64,000 nucleotides of DNA. It comes from Candidatus Latescibacterota bacterium (GTDB lineage Bacteria > Latescibacterota > UBA2968 > GCA-2709665). The translations under genes were made by a program, and so were the position numbers. The stretch lies in NCBI GenBank assembly GCA_965237675.1, contig OZ250150.1:2688001-2752000 (forward strand). Reading direction: 5' to 3'. The notes beneath the pieces are model-generated. The model had not been told where the DNA came from and searched no databases. It was given only the letters and a program-made list of their open reading frames with translations. This document shows positions 55,750 to 64,000 of this stretch, piece after piece; within the stretch, counting starts at the first letter, position 1; each line of letters opens with the position of its first letter.

Positions 55750-57237
55750 TTATGCCGCGTCTGGGGTATCGGGTTCGCGTTCTCCCTCGAAGTGTGCGAC
55801 GACCGCGGCGCCGATGGCGTCGCCCCAGACGTTGACGGTGGTACGGCAGCGGTCCAGGAACCAGTCGATGACCAGGATGAGGGTGATGCCCTCAATGGGC
55901 AGGCCGACGGCTCTCAGGACAATGACCATGGTGACCAGGCCGGCTTCGGGGATTCCGGCGGCGCCGATGGCGGCCAGGGTGGCAGTGAGAAAGATAATGG
56001 CCATTTCAACCGGACCCATCGTAATGCCGTAAACCTGGGCGATGAAAATGGCGGCTACGGCTTCGTAGAGAGCGGTGCCGTCCATATTGATGGTGGCCCC
56101 AAGTGGCAATACGAAGCTCGAGACCCGGTTGGAGACACCGTTTTTCTTGGTGACGCAATCGATCGTAAGCGGCAGTGTGGCGGAGCTGGAAGCGGTGGAA
56201 AAAGCCGTGCCCAGGGCGGGGAGCTGATTGTGCCCGTATTTCGCAACGTTTCTCTTGGCAATGAGACGGAGGATCAATGGGAGGACGAACAGACCGTGGA
56301 TCAGCAGGCCCAGAATAACCGTGGAGGCGTACCACCCGAGTTTGACAAGCTCCGGCAGAAAACCCTCCCACCCGCCGCTGCTGCCCATGCGTCCGGCAAT
56401 CAGACCGAATATGCCCACGGGGGCGAAAGCGATGACGATGTGTACAATTTTCATAATGGCGTCGTTGATGCCCGCAATGAGGTCGATAACGGGCCTGGCC
56501 GGGTTCCCGAGGGTGGTCAGCACGCCGCCGAAGAGCAGGGAGAAGACGATCAGTGGCAGGATATCGGTTTCGACCATGGCTTTGAAGATGTTGACCGGGA
56601 TCATGCCAACGATCATGTCGACAAGTATATCGACAACCGAGCGATCCTTCCCTCGTACCCCTTCGGCCATTCCCAGGTCGACATGGACGCCAACGCCGGA
56701 AGGCATCGGCACGACGGCTTCCCGGGTGTCCCGGTCGCGCCAGGCCTTCACCCGGATGTGGTCGGACGTGTGTCTTGCATCCGCATCGATGGCGCCCACG
56801 ATATCCTGGTCGGCCAGCAGCACCTGGTAACGGCCGTCGTAGCGGGCGTCCGAAAGCGTGGCGTTCTGCAGGCGCACCCAGTTGTCTTCAACCGTATACT
56901 GCGCGGCATCAAGCGATTCGCCACGGGACACGCCCACCCCCGGCTTGACGATGTTTACCAGAACGAGCCCGACGAGTACGGAAAGGGCGGTTGTAACCAT
57001 ATAGTAGGAAATCGTGCGTTTGCCGATGCCGCCCAGCCTGCGAATGTCGCCCAGGTTCGTGATGCCGACAATCATAGAGGCAACCACGAGCGGAACGACG
57101 ATCATTCTGAGCGCGTTGAGAAAGATCTCACCCAGAAAGTTGACGTGCAACGCCTGCTCGGGGAACAGGCCGCCGAACAGAGCGCCCAACAGAATGGCAA
57201 GCAGGATGTAAACCAGAAAACGGTTTTGTTGAGACAT
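55750..57237 (-). CDS. dicarboxylate/amino acid:cation symporter (GltP/DAACS)
   Basis: AFSTASSSATLP, LPLGATINMDGTALYE, IGAAGIP, DWFLDRCRTTVNVWGD; start at MSQQNR. Confidence 0.93.
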   Translation of the reverse strand: MSQQNRFLVYILLAILLGALFGGLFPEQALHVNFLGEIFLNALRMIVVPLVVASMIVGITNLGDIRRLGGIGKRTISYYMVTTALSVLVGLVLVNIVKPGVGVSRGESLDAAQYTVEDNWVRLQNATLSDARYDGRYQVLLADQDIVGAIDADARHTSDHIRVKAWRDRDTREAVVPMPSGVGVHVDLGMAEGVRGKDRSVVDILVDMIVGMIPVNIFKAMVETDILPLIVFSLLFGGVLTTLGNPARPVIDLIAGINDAIMKIVHIVIAFAPVGIFGLIAGRMGSSGGWEGFLPELVKLGWYASTVILGLLIHGLFVLPLILRLIAKRNVAKYGHNQLPALGTAFSTASSSATLPLTIDCVTKKNGVSNRVSSFVLPLGATINMDGTALYEAVAAIFIAQVYGITMGPVEMAIIFLTATLAAIGAAGIPEAGLVTMVIVLRAVGLPIEGITLILVIDWFLDRCRTTVNVWGDAIGAAVVAHFEGEREPDTPDAA

Positions 57238-57571
57238 GAAGAAACGCTCCCGAAGAGAATTTTTGGCGGTGAATTCTAATAAATACCTACATCGAATGTG
57301 TCGAATAAGGCGCATAAGGATACGCAAACGAATGAACTTTGTCAATTGGATTCGTCGGTGATGAATCCGCCGCCTCAAGAGAGAAAATAATTTGACTTTA
57401 AGGGCTGGTTTATCTAATTTTATATGTCTCATAAGCGTTGAGTTCGTTGTTTATGGCGTCCGATTGTTCCGCGCTGCCATCGGATAGAATCACTTGGTTC
57501 AGACAGGGTGTTTTTGATTCATCGCAGTCCAATGCGGGTGGAGCCAAAATCAAGTGGGCGGGAGGGTCCGG

Positions 57572-57763
57572 ATGGAAAGTCAATTTACACAGTGTCTCAA
57601 GTGCGAAAAGGGTTTATTGCTTCCTATGTCGGATTACGGGCGCGATGGCGCGTCGATTCACTATAAGGCCTGGGTCTGTAATAACCCCGATTGCGGGTTC
57701 AACCTGCGAATCGATAACGGCGAAATCAGCATGGGAAGAAACATCGCCGAGTCGTACAAATAG
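57572..57763 (+). CDS. small zinc-ribbon-like protein (63 aa)
   Basis: GGAGG RBS; CLKC...WVCNNPDCG. Confidence 0.75.
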   Translation: MESQFTQCLKCEKGLLLPMSDYGRDGASIHYKAWVCNNPDCGFNLRIDNGEISMGRNIAESYK

Positions 57764-58111
57764 CACGATTCGGCACACCCAGATCGAATAACGGATCCCA
57801 TCCCGGGTGACGCTTGGCCGGACGGCGTTGATGGCTTGAAGCGCGGGGCGCGGGCTGTGTCGGAAGGGTCCCGCTCCAGGGCCCGTACGCCGTGCGCCTG
57901 CCGCCCGGGTTGATGTGTTTAATGTCCTCGCCACCGTCCGGATTCTTCGCGGCGCGCGTGTGTCTTCCTCATCGGGTTCCGACGCATCTTTTGAAGGTTT
58001 TGTTCAACCTGCTTTGTGATTTTTTCCCTCCTCATTCGGATCCATCCCCTGATCTAACGGGGTGGCGCTTTGTTTTTGCCATCCTTTCCCCTCTGGTTCA
58101 ATAACGTTTAT

Positions 58112-59167
58112 ATGTCTTTTTATTCCAGGGACTCCGGGCAGCCGGTATGGGATCGTCCTGTACTGGGCATTGAAACCTCGTGTGACGAAACGGCTGCCGC
58201 GGTCGTGGCCGGTGGCTGTATTCTATCAAATATCATATTCTCCCAGACAGAGCACAGTCTCTACGGGGGCGTGGTTCCGGAACTGGCGTCACGAAATCAC
58301 GTTCGCAAGATCGTGCCGGTTGTACGTGATGCCCTGGACCAGGCTGGAGTCGGGCTGGATGAACTCGGTGGCATCGCGGTCACACGCGGTCCGGGCCTTG
58401 TCGGGTGCCTGCTGGTGGGAATCTCGGCCGCCAAGGGGCTCGCGCTCGGCAGCCGGGCTCCGCTGATCGGCGTACACCACATCGAGGGACATCTCTTCGC
58501 CGGGCTGCTGGCGGATCCTGACCTGAGTCCTCCGTTTCTGGCGCTCGTGATTTCCGGCGGCCATACCCAATTGATCCACGTGCGCCGGTGGGGACTGTAC
58601 GAAGTCTGCGGGGAAACACGGGACGACGCGGCGGGGGAAGCCTTCGACAAGGTGGCCAAGATGCTGGGCATCTTAAAGGCGGGCGGGACCACCATGGGCG
58701 GTCCTGTAATTGCGGAATTGGCGGAACGGGGCGACGCCAACGCGTTTGCGTTTCCACGAGGGCTCCAGCACCAGGAAGGATTTGAGTTCAGCTTCAGCGG
58801 GATCAAGACGTCGGTCCTGTACCACCTGAAGGGCCGGTCCGAAGCCGATGTGGAGGTGGAGCGAGCAGATATAGCGGCCAGTTTCCAGGCCGCGGTTGTC
58901 GATGTGCTCGTGCGCAAGACGATGAAAGCGGCCGGTGCCCTGAATCTCAGGCGGGTTCTGTTGACGGGCGGGGTGGCGGCGAATCGTCGGCTTCGGGAAG
59001 AGATGCGGCGTGTCGCCGGCGGATTCGGAGTTGAGGTCTGCTTTCCGCCGCCGGTCCTTTGCACCGACAACGCGGCGATGATTGCCCGTGCGGGTGGCTT
59101 CCGGCTGGGAAGAGGCGAGCGGTCGGGGGGAGATCTGGATGCCAATCCGAGAATGAAGCTGGCTTGA
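58112..59167 (+). CDS. tsaD: tRNA N6-adenosine threonylcarbamoyltransferase
   Basis: LGIETSCDETA, GGVVPELASRNH, HHIEGH, SGGHT, DDAAGEAFDK, FSFSGIKT, CTDNAAMIA. Confidence 0.97.
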   Translation: MSFYSRDSGQPVWDRPVLGIETSCDETAAAVVAGGCILSNIIFSQTEHSLYGGVVPELASRNHVRKIVPVVRDALDQAGVGLDELGGIAVTRGPGLVGCLLVGISAAKGLALGSRAPLIGVHHIEGHLFAGLLADPDLSPPFLALVISGGHTQLIHVRRWGLYEVCGETRDDAAGEAFDKVAKMLGILKAGGTTMGGPVIAELAERGDANAFAFPRGLQHQEGFEFSFSGIKTSVLYHLKGRSEADVEVERADIAASFQAAVVDVLVRKTMKAAGALNLRRVLLTGGVAANRRLREEMRRVAGGFGVEVCFPPPVLCTDNAAMIARAGGFRLGRGERSGGDLDANPRMKLA

Positions 59168-59380
59168 CTTATTGTCCTGTCCCGAAAACATGTCACCATT
59201 CTCCCGCCAGTCTGCGTGCAGGTCTTCCGCACAGGCAGGCCGATTCATCCCGTCTCGCTGCGTTGGGCCGACCTTGCGCAGGTCGGCTCGCTCAGGCGCC
59301 GGTTCCTGAGCCTGTCGAAGGATGCGAGCCGGGCGACTCGACGGCCGAATTTAGGCAATCTGTTTCCGGGACAGAACACT

Positions 59381-61549
59381 ATGTTCCAGTTGTCCGATGT
59401 GGCGTTGAGTTTACGCGATGGATTGTTGTTGGGCTTGCTTGCGCCTGTCTGTGTGTACCTGGCCTGGCAGGCGTACCGCGTCCGAAAACATGGATTCCGG
59501 TTGGTACGGTGGTTGCTAGTATTGAGGTGCACGGCGTTTCTGCTGCTGCTGGTGCTGTTGATGGAGCCCGTTCTGGCGCTCTCGCTGAGGCGCCAGCGCA
59601 AACCCCTTGTCGCCGTCCTCGTGGACGAGAGCGAGAGTATGCGAATCGAGGAGGACGGGCGAGAGCGCCGCGATCTTGTGATCGACCTGCTGAAGAGCGG
59701 AGTGTTCGAAGCGCTGGAGACACGCGCCCGGGTGGCGTGGTATCGCTTCTCCGAGTGGATGGCGCCCATGCCTTCGACGGGTGTGGATTCGCTACGCTTC
59801 GACGGGCGGGCAACGGACCTGGCCGTGGCGCTGGAAATGCTGCGTGAGGAAACGGCTGGCGAAGGATTGGTAGCGGCGGTCCTGATCTCCGACGGGACGC
59901 ACAACCTGGGCGCGCGGCCGGAAATGGCCGCACGTGCATTGGATGTGCCCGTCTTTTCGGTGGGGGTGGGGAAGGCGGACGCGCCGAAGGATGTGGCAAT
60001 TGTATCCGCCGTTTGCGATCCAATGGTTTACGTTGGCCGGCCGCTGTCAGTTTCGGTGGGTCTGAAGTCGAGCGGATGTGAAGGCGCAAGCGCGTTGCTG
60101 GTAGTCGAAGAGGGCGGGCGCCGGGTGGCGGAGGCGCCGGTCACGCTGTTGGACGGCGAACAGGAGACCCGGTTTGTCGTCGCGCCTGATCGTGCGGGCC
60201 GGCTTATCTATCGAATTCATCTCGCGGCTCAACCGGGAGAACGCTCCACCGCGAACAATGCCGCAGTCGTTTCCGCCGAGGTTATCGAGAGCCGTTTGCG
60301 CGTTCTGATGGTCGCCGGTTCCCCCAGTGCGGATCTTGCCTATCTGCGCCGGGTGCTGGAGGCCGACGAGAATCTGGAAGTGGAAGTGCTCGTTGCCCGG
60401 AAGGCGGGTGAATGGCCTTTTCGGATGCGGGCGGCGTTGACCGAACCGGACGAGTCGGAACTCGTCGTACTCTTCGATCTGCCTGGCGAAATGCTTGCGG
60501 GACATTCCGGCCGCCGGCTGGCTGAATATGTCGAATCGGGCGGGGCGTTGCTCGTGGTGGGCGGACCGGAGGGATTCAACGGGGCATACGCGCGATCGCC
60601 AATTGCGCGGGTGCTGCCCGTCCTGTGTTCGCCAGGCGCGAATACGTATCGAGAGGCGTCTTTCCGGCTTGAACTGTCACGGTCCGGAACCATGCATCCG
60701 ATACTGCGGGTCTCGGACGACCCCCTGGCGGACCGCCAGGCCTGGAGCGACCTCCCGCCGCTTCTGGCTTGCAATGTGAATAAAGGCCTCCAAGGGGACG
60801 CCGCAACCCTGGTCTATCATCCAGGCAGACGTGCGGGCGGCGAGAAGATGCCTCTGGTTGCGGTGGGTCGCGCGGGTGCAGGCAAGGTGATGGCCGTGGC
60901 GGTCAGGACGTTCTGGCGGCTCGGTCTCATGATGTGGGGCATCGGCAGGAACGATGAGGTTTCGAGGGCCTTCTGGGCAAATTCAGTACAGTGGCTGGTC
61001 AAACGGGAGGATGTCGACCGGGTCCAGGTGGAGGTGGACAAACCGGTCTATCGCAGCGGCGCTCCGGTGACGTTTCACGCCCGCGTCTTCAACGAGTTGC
61101 TTCAGCCGCAGGAGGGAGCGCGCGTCGTGCTCTCGGTTACGGATGAGGACGGTATGCGGCAGACGATGTTGGGCGATGAGGGTCAGGGGCGCTACCGTGG
61201 GCAGATGAGGGCGGGCGCGCAGGGGGAAGTTGTGTTTGAAGCCAGGGCCCGGATGGACGGCGTCGATCTGGGGAACGGCACCGGGCGGTTCACTGTGGGC
61301 CGGTACAGTCTGGAATATGAAGACATGCGAATGAACCGGGATCTTCTGGAAAGTCTGTCAAAACAGAGTGGGGGCGTAGTTGTGGCACCGGATCGTTTGA
61401 GCACGGTTCTGGACGATCTCGACCTCGCGCCCCAACCCGTGGCGGAGTCTTACCGGATCCGGCTGTGGGGGCGACGGTGGCCGCTTTTCATTCTGGTCGG
61501 ACTTCTGGTCGCGGAATGGACGGCCAGACGCAGGTGGGGAATGATATGA
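59381..61549 (+). CDS. membrane-anchored VWA / glutamine-amidotransferase-like domain protein
   Basis: N-terminal TMs, VLVDESESM (MIDAS-like), LISDG.HN, GGALLVVGG, C-terminal L..EW..RRRWG. Confidence 0.8.
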   Translation: MFQLSDVALSLRDGLLLGLLAPVCVYLAWQAYRVRKHGFRLVRWLLVLRCTAFLLLLVLLMEPVLALSLRRQRKPLVAVLVDESESMRIEEDGRERRDLVIDLLKSGVFEALETRARVAWYRFSEWMAPMPSTGVDSLRFDGRATDLAVALEMLREETAGEGLVAAVLISDGTHNLGARPEMAARALDVPVFSVGVGKADAPKDVAIVSAVCDPMVYVGRPLSVSVGLKSSGCEGASALLVVEEGGRRVAEAPVTLLDGEQETRFVVAPDRAGRLIYRIHLAAQPGERSTANNAAVVSAEVIESRLRVLMVAGSPSADLAYLRRVLEADENLEVEVLVARKAGEWPFRMRAALTEPDESELVVLFDLPGEMLAGHSGRRLAEYVESGGALLVVGGPEGFNGAYARSPIARVLPVLCSPGANTYREASFRLELSRSGTMHPILRVSDDPLADRQAWSDLPPLLACNVNKGLQGDAATLVYHPGRRAGGEKMPLVAVGRAGAGKVMAVAVRTFWRLGLMMWGIGRNDEVSRAFWANSVQWLVKREDVDRVQVEVDKPVYRSGAPVTFHARVFNELLQPQEGARVVLSVTDEDGMRQTMLGDEGQGRYRGQMRAGAQGEVVFEARARMDGVDLGNGTGRFTVGRYSLEYEDMRMNRDLLESLSKQSGGVVVAPDRLSTVLDDLDLAPQPVAESYRIRLWGRRWPLFILVGLLVAEWTARRRWGMI

Positions 61550-63243
61550 TGAGGCGAGTGTCAGGCCGGGGTCCCAGAGGTCCGGGCGAGGGTGTCGGGT
61601 TAAGGGCCGCTGGCGCCATCGCGGTTCTGGCGTTGCTGATCCCTTGCGGGTCGGCGGCAGGCCGCGTGGTCATCAGCGAGGTGATGTTCGATCCCTCGGG
61701 GAGCGAGTTTTACGACGAGTTCATCGAGGTTCAGAATACCGGTGACGAGCCCGTGGATCTGGCCGGATGGAGCGTGGGTGACGGCGACGAGACGGACTTG
61801 CTGGTCTTCCCGGGCGGCGACACCCTGCTGAAACCTGGGACCTTCGGGTTGATTCTGGATTCGGGGTATTTCGCGCATTCGACCCTTTACGACCCGTTGC
61901 CCGAGTCCGCGTTGATCCTCACGGTGGCGGACGCCACGCTCGGGAATTCGGGCTTGAGCAATTCGAGGCCGGAGCGGATCGTGCTTGTTTCGTCATCCGG
62001 CGATACCGTGGGCGTCGCGGTCTACACGACGGGAAACGCGCCCGGGTTTTCAGAGGAGAAGGTGGACCCCGCAGGCGGCGACGGGCCGGAGAACTGGGCG
62101 GATTCACGGTGGGCGGGAGGGACACCGGGACGCGTCAACAGCGTGAGCCCGAAGGCCTACGACCTGGCGCTGACGCGGGTTTCACAAACGCCGTTTTCCG
62201 TTCCCGCAGGCGGCGCGCGTGATTTTATTCTGGAGGTGGCGAACCGGGGGCGGCGGCCGGCATCTACGTTTTCAGTGACGGTAGAGGGTATTGCCCGGTG
62301 GCGTCGGGAATTTCCGAGCCTGGCGCCGGCCGATTCTCTTCGAGTTGAAACGCCCATTGGAAATGTGCCGTCCGGCCGGTTTGAATACGTGGCCACACTC
62401 GCATTCGACGCCGATGAGGATACGACGAACAATCGGGTGGCGTGGACGGTGCTGGGCGGGGTTGGACCGCGGGCGGTGGTCGTTAACGAAGTGATGTTCG
62501 CGCCAGCCGAGGGTGATCCGGAGTGGGTGGAACTCCATAATCGTTCGGGGCAGGCGCTGGATATGATCGGCTGGCAGATTCAGGATGCGAGGCCCTCGGG
62601 CGAGACGTTCGGACGTGAGCCCCTGCAACTGCAGCCGGATGCATACCTGGTGGTGGCCGAGGACGTCGACAGGTTCTACAACCGATTCGTCGATCGGACG
62701 ATTCAGGTGGTTGCCCCCGAGCGGTGGGTTCGGTTGAACGACAGCGGCGACGCTGTGGTGGTACGGGATGCAACCGGTGCGGTCGTGGATCGGATGGCGT
62801 ACGGAAATAGGGAGTTCGTCGGGCGGTCGCTCGAAAGGATTTCGGGATCCGCGCCGAGCGATGACGTTCGAAATTGGCTGTCCAGTACCCACGATGATGG
62901 CGCGACGCCCGGCCGCGCGAACAGCGTGGCGCTGCAAAGCGGCGTCGATGCGGTGCAACTCGTGGCCGATCCCAATCCCTTTTACGATCGGGTGGAAATA
63001 CGCTACCTTCTTCCAACTTCGCGCGCGGACGTGAATCTGTGGGTGTACGACCGGTTCGGCCATCCGGTAAAAACGCTGCTGAACGCTGCCGCCGGCGGCA
63101 GCCAACGTAAGGTGACGTGGGACGGGATGGATGAAGACGGCGCACCGTTGAAGCCGGGCATTTACATCTTGTTTTTGGAAGTGTCGCTTGAAGACCGTAT
63201 CTTTAGAACCAAAGCCCCTGTTGTGCTGGCGAGGGGACTGTAG
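61546..63243 (+). CDS. secreted lamin-tail-domain protein with C-terminal FlgD-Ig-like domain
   Basis: VVISEVMFDP...EFIEVQN and VVVNEVMFAP..EWVELHN; TPGR.NS; PNPF...WDG.DE.G..LKPGIY. Confidence 0.85.
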   Translation: MMRRVSGRGPRGPGEGVGLRAAGAIAVLALLIPCGSAAGRVVISEVMFDPSGSEFYDEFIEVQNTGDEPVDLAGWSVGDGDETDLLVFPGGDTLLKPGTFGLILDSGYFAHSTLYDPLPESALILTVADATLGNSGLSNSRPERIVLVSSSGDTVGVAVYTTGNAPGFSEEKVDPAGGDGPENWADSRWAGGTPGRVNSVSPKAYDLALTRVSQTPFSVPAGGARDFILEVANRGRRPASTFSVTVEGIARWRREFPSLAPADSLRVETPIGNVPSGRFEYVATLAFDADEDTTNNRVAWTVLGGVGPRAVVVNEVMFAPAEGDPEWVELHNRSGQALDMIGWQIQDARPSGETFGREPLQLQPDAYLVVAEDVDRFYNRFVDRTIQVVAPERWVRLNDSGDAVVVRDATGAVVDRMAYGNREFVGRSLERISGSAPSDDVRNWLSSTHDDGATPGRANSVALQSGVDAVQLVADPNPFYDRVEIRYLLPTSRADVNLWVYDRFGHPVKTLLNAAAGGSQRKVTWDGMDEDGAPLKPGIYILFLEVSLEDRIFRTKAPVVLARGL

Positions 63244-63249
63244 TTTGCG

Positions 63250-63277
63250 GTACCGGCGCATCCCCAGCGCCGGTACG
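63250..63277 (+). terminator. hairpin after the lamin-tail gene, possible terminator
   Basis: GTACCGGCGC-ATCCCCA-GCGCCGGTAC; no clear U-tract. Confidence 0.4.
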
Positions 63278-63436
63278 TCAGAAGTTGTTGTAAAATTCCT
63301 GGCGCGTTTCCGAGCACGAGCGAAAACGTGTCGGTTATGAGGCACGAAGACCGCTGGTGGTTTTAGGGCAGCTTCTCACGAGGGACCCGCGCATTCTGTC
63401 TCCCTTCGGATGTTTCAGAACAAGGGTGGCCCATCT

Positions 63437-64000
63437 ATGAGAAAGGAACCGAACGCAGTAAAGGAGGATCCGCAGCATGGATCGGACCTGGCGAATCAGG
63501 TCTGCGGTGTGCTGCTCATCGCGGTTGCGCTGTTGATGGCGGTAAGCCTGGTTTCGTATTCGCCTCAAGATCCGCCGAATTCGAGCCGCGCGCCGGAACT
63601 GACGGAGAATATGGCGGGATGGATCGGCAGTCAGATCTCCTACTATCTTCTGTTTGTGGTGGGCCAGGGCGCGTTTGTTCTCGTCGCCGTGGTTCTCATG
63701 TGGGGCTGGAATCGTTTCAGAGGCCTGCCCATTCTGCCTCTTGTCTCGACTAGTCTGGCGCTGGTGGCCATGGTGGTGGTCTATTGCGGCGCAACGGGCG
63801 TGCCGTCGCGGGGGGAAACCCATCTGTCGTTCTTGATGGGCGGATGGCTGGGAGTTGCCCTGGCGTCCAGGATTCTGGTTCCCTATCTGGGCTTTGTCGG
63901 GTCCTATATTCTGTTGAGCGCCCTGTTTCTGGTGTTTCTGATGATCCTGACCCGCCTGCCTTTTTCCCGAATTCCGGATTTGATTTTGGCAGGCGCAAGG
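63437..64000 (+). CDS. ftsK: DNA translocase FtsK, N-terminal 4TM region (runs off the right edge)
   Basis: Hand translation: LVSYSPQDPP...ENMAGWIG...GGWLG....LVPYLGFVGSYILL. Confidence 0.75.
   Translation, partial: MRKEPNAVKEDPQHGSDLANQVCGVLLIAVALLMAVSLVSYSPQDPPNSSRAPELTENMAGWIGSQISYYLLFVVGQGAFVLVAVVLMWGWNRFRGLPILPLVSTSLALVAMVVVYCGATGVPSRGETHLSFLMGGWLGVALASRILVPYLGFVGSYILLSALFLVFLMILTRLPFSRIPDLILAGAR

Noticed and set aside
55792-57279. 495-aa plus-strand ORF and other long antisense ORFs (52943-53884, 58297-59232, 62272-63345)
   Set aside because: Opposite well-supported genes; typical of high-GC codon bias.

Overview
Bacterial, GC-rich window with two parts. Bases 1-50.6 kb are accessory DNA lying downstream of the 3' end of a tRNA-Ala(GGC). 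Bases 50.8-64 kb are core genes (ligA, UbiA/DGGGP-synthase-like prenyltransferase, XPB helicase, dicarboxylate/amino acid symporter, tsaD, VWA protein, lamin-tail protein, start of ftsK). The accessory part holds: (i) IS256, IS1380 and IS630 elements, a type ISP restriction-modification remnant and an ORF-less group II intron remnant; (ii) five large secreted repeat proteins (one Calx-beta adhesin, one IS-split LRR/metallopeptidase, three mosaic WD40 paralogues) that all carry the same dockerin-like double EF-hand module, a pattern suggesting a host-associated (e.g. sponge-symbiont, Latescibacterota/Gemmatimonadota-like) organism, which is inference only; (iii) a RAYT transposase with GTAG REPs; (iv) a type I R-M locus filled with toxin-antitoxin modules and unknown genes. 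The strongest candidate for an under-described system is a DUF559 (Vsr-like) endonuclease domain bracketed by oppositely oriented CCCTCTCCC-N3-GGGAGAGGG palindromes and inserted in frame into HsdM. Nuclease-free copies of the palindrome are inserted in frame at two more HsdM sites, in HsdR and in HicB, and one copy is intergenic. This looks like a REP/RAYT-like selfish repeat system that invades protein-coding sequence. All calls come from reading the sequence by eye; no searches were run.
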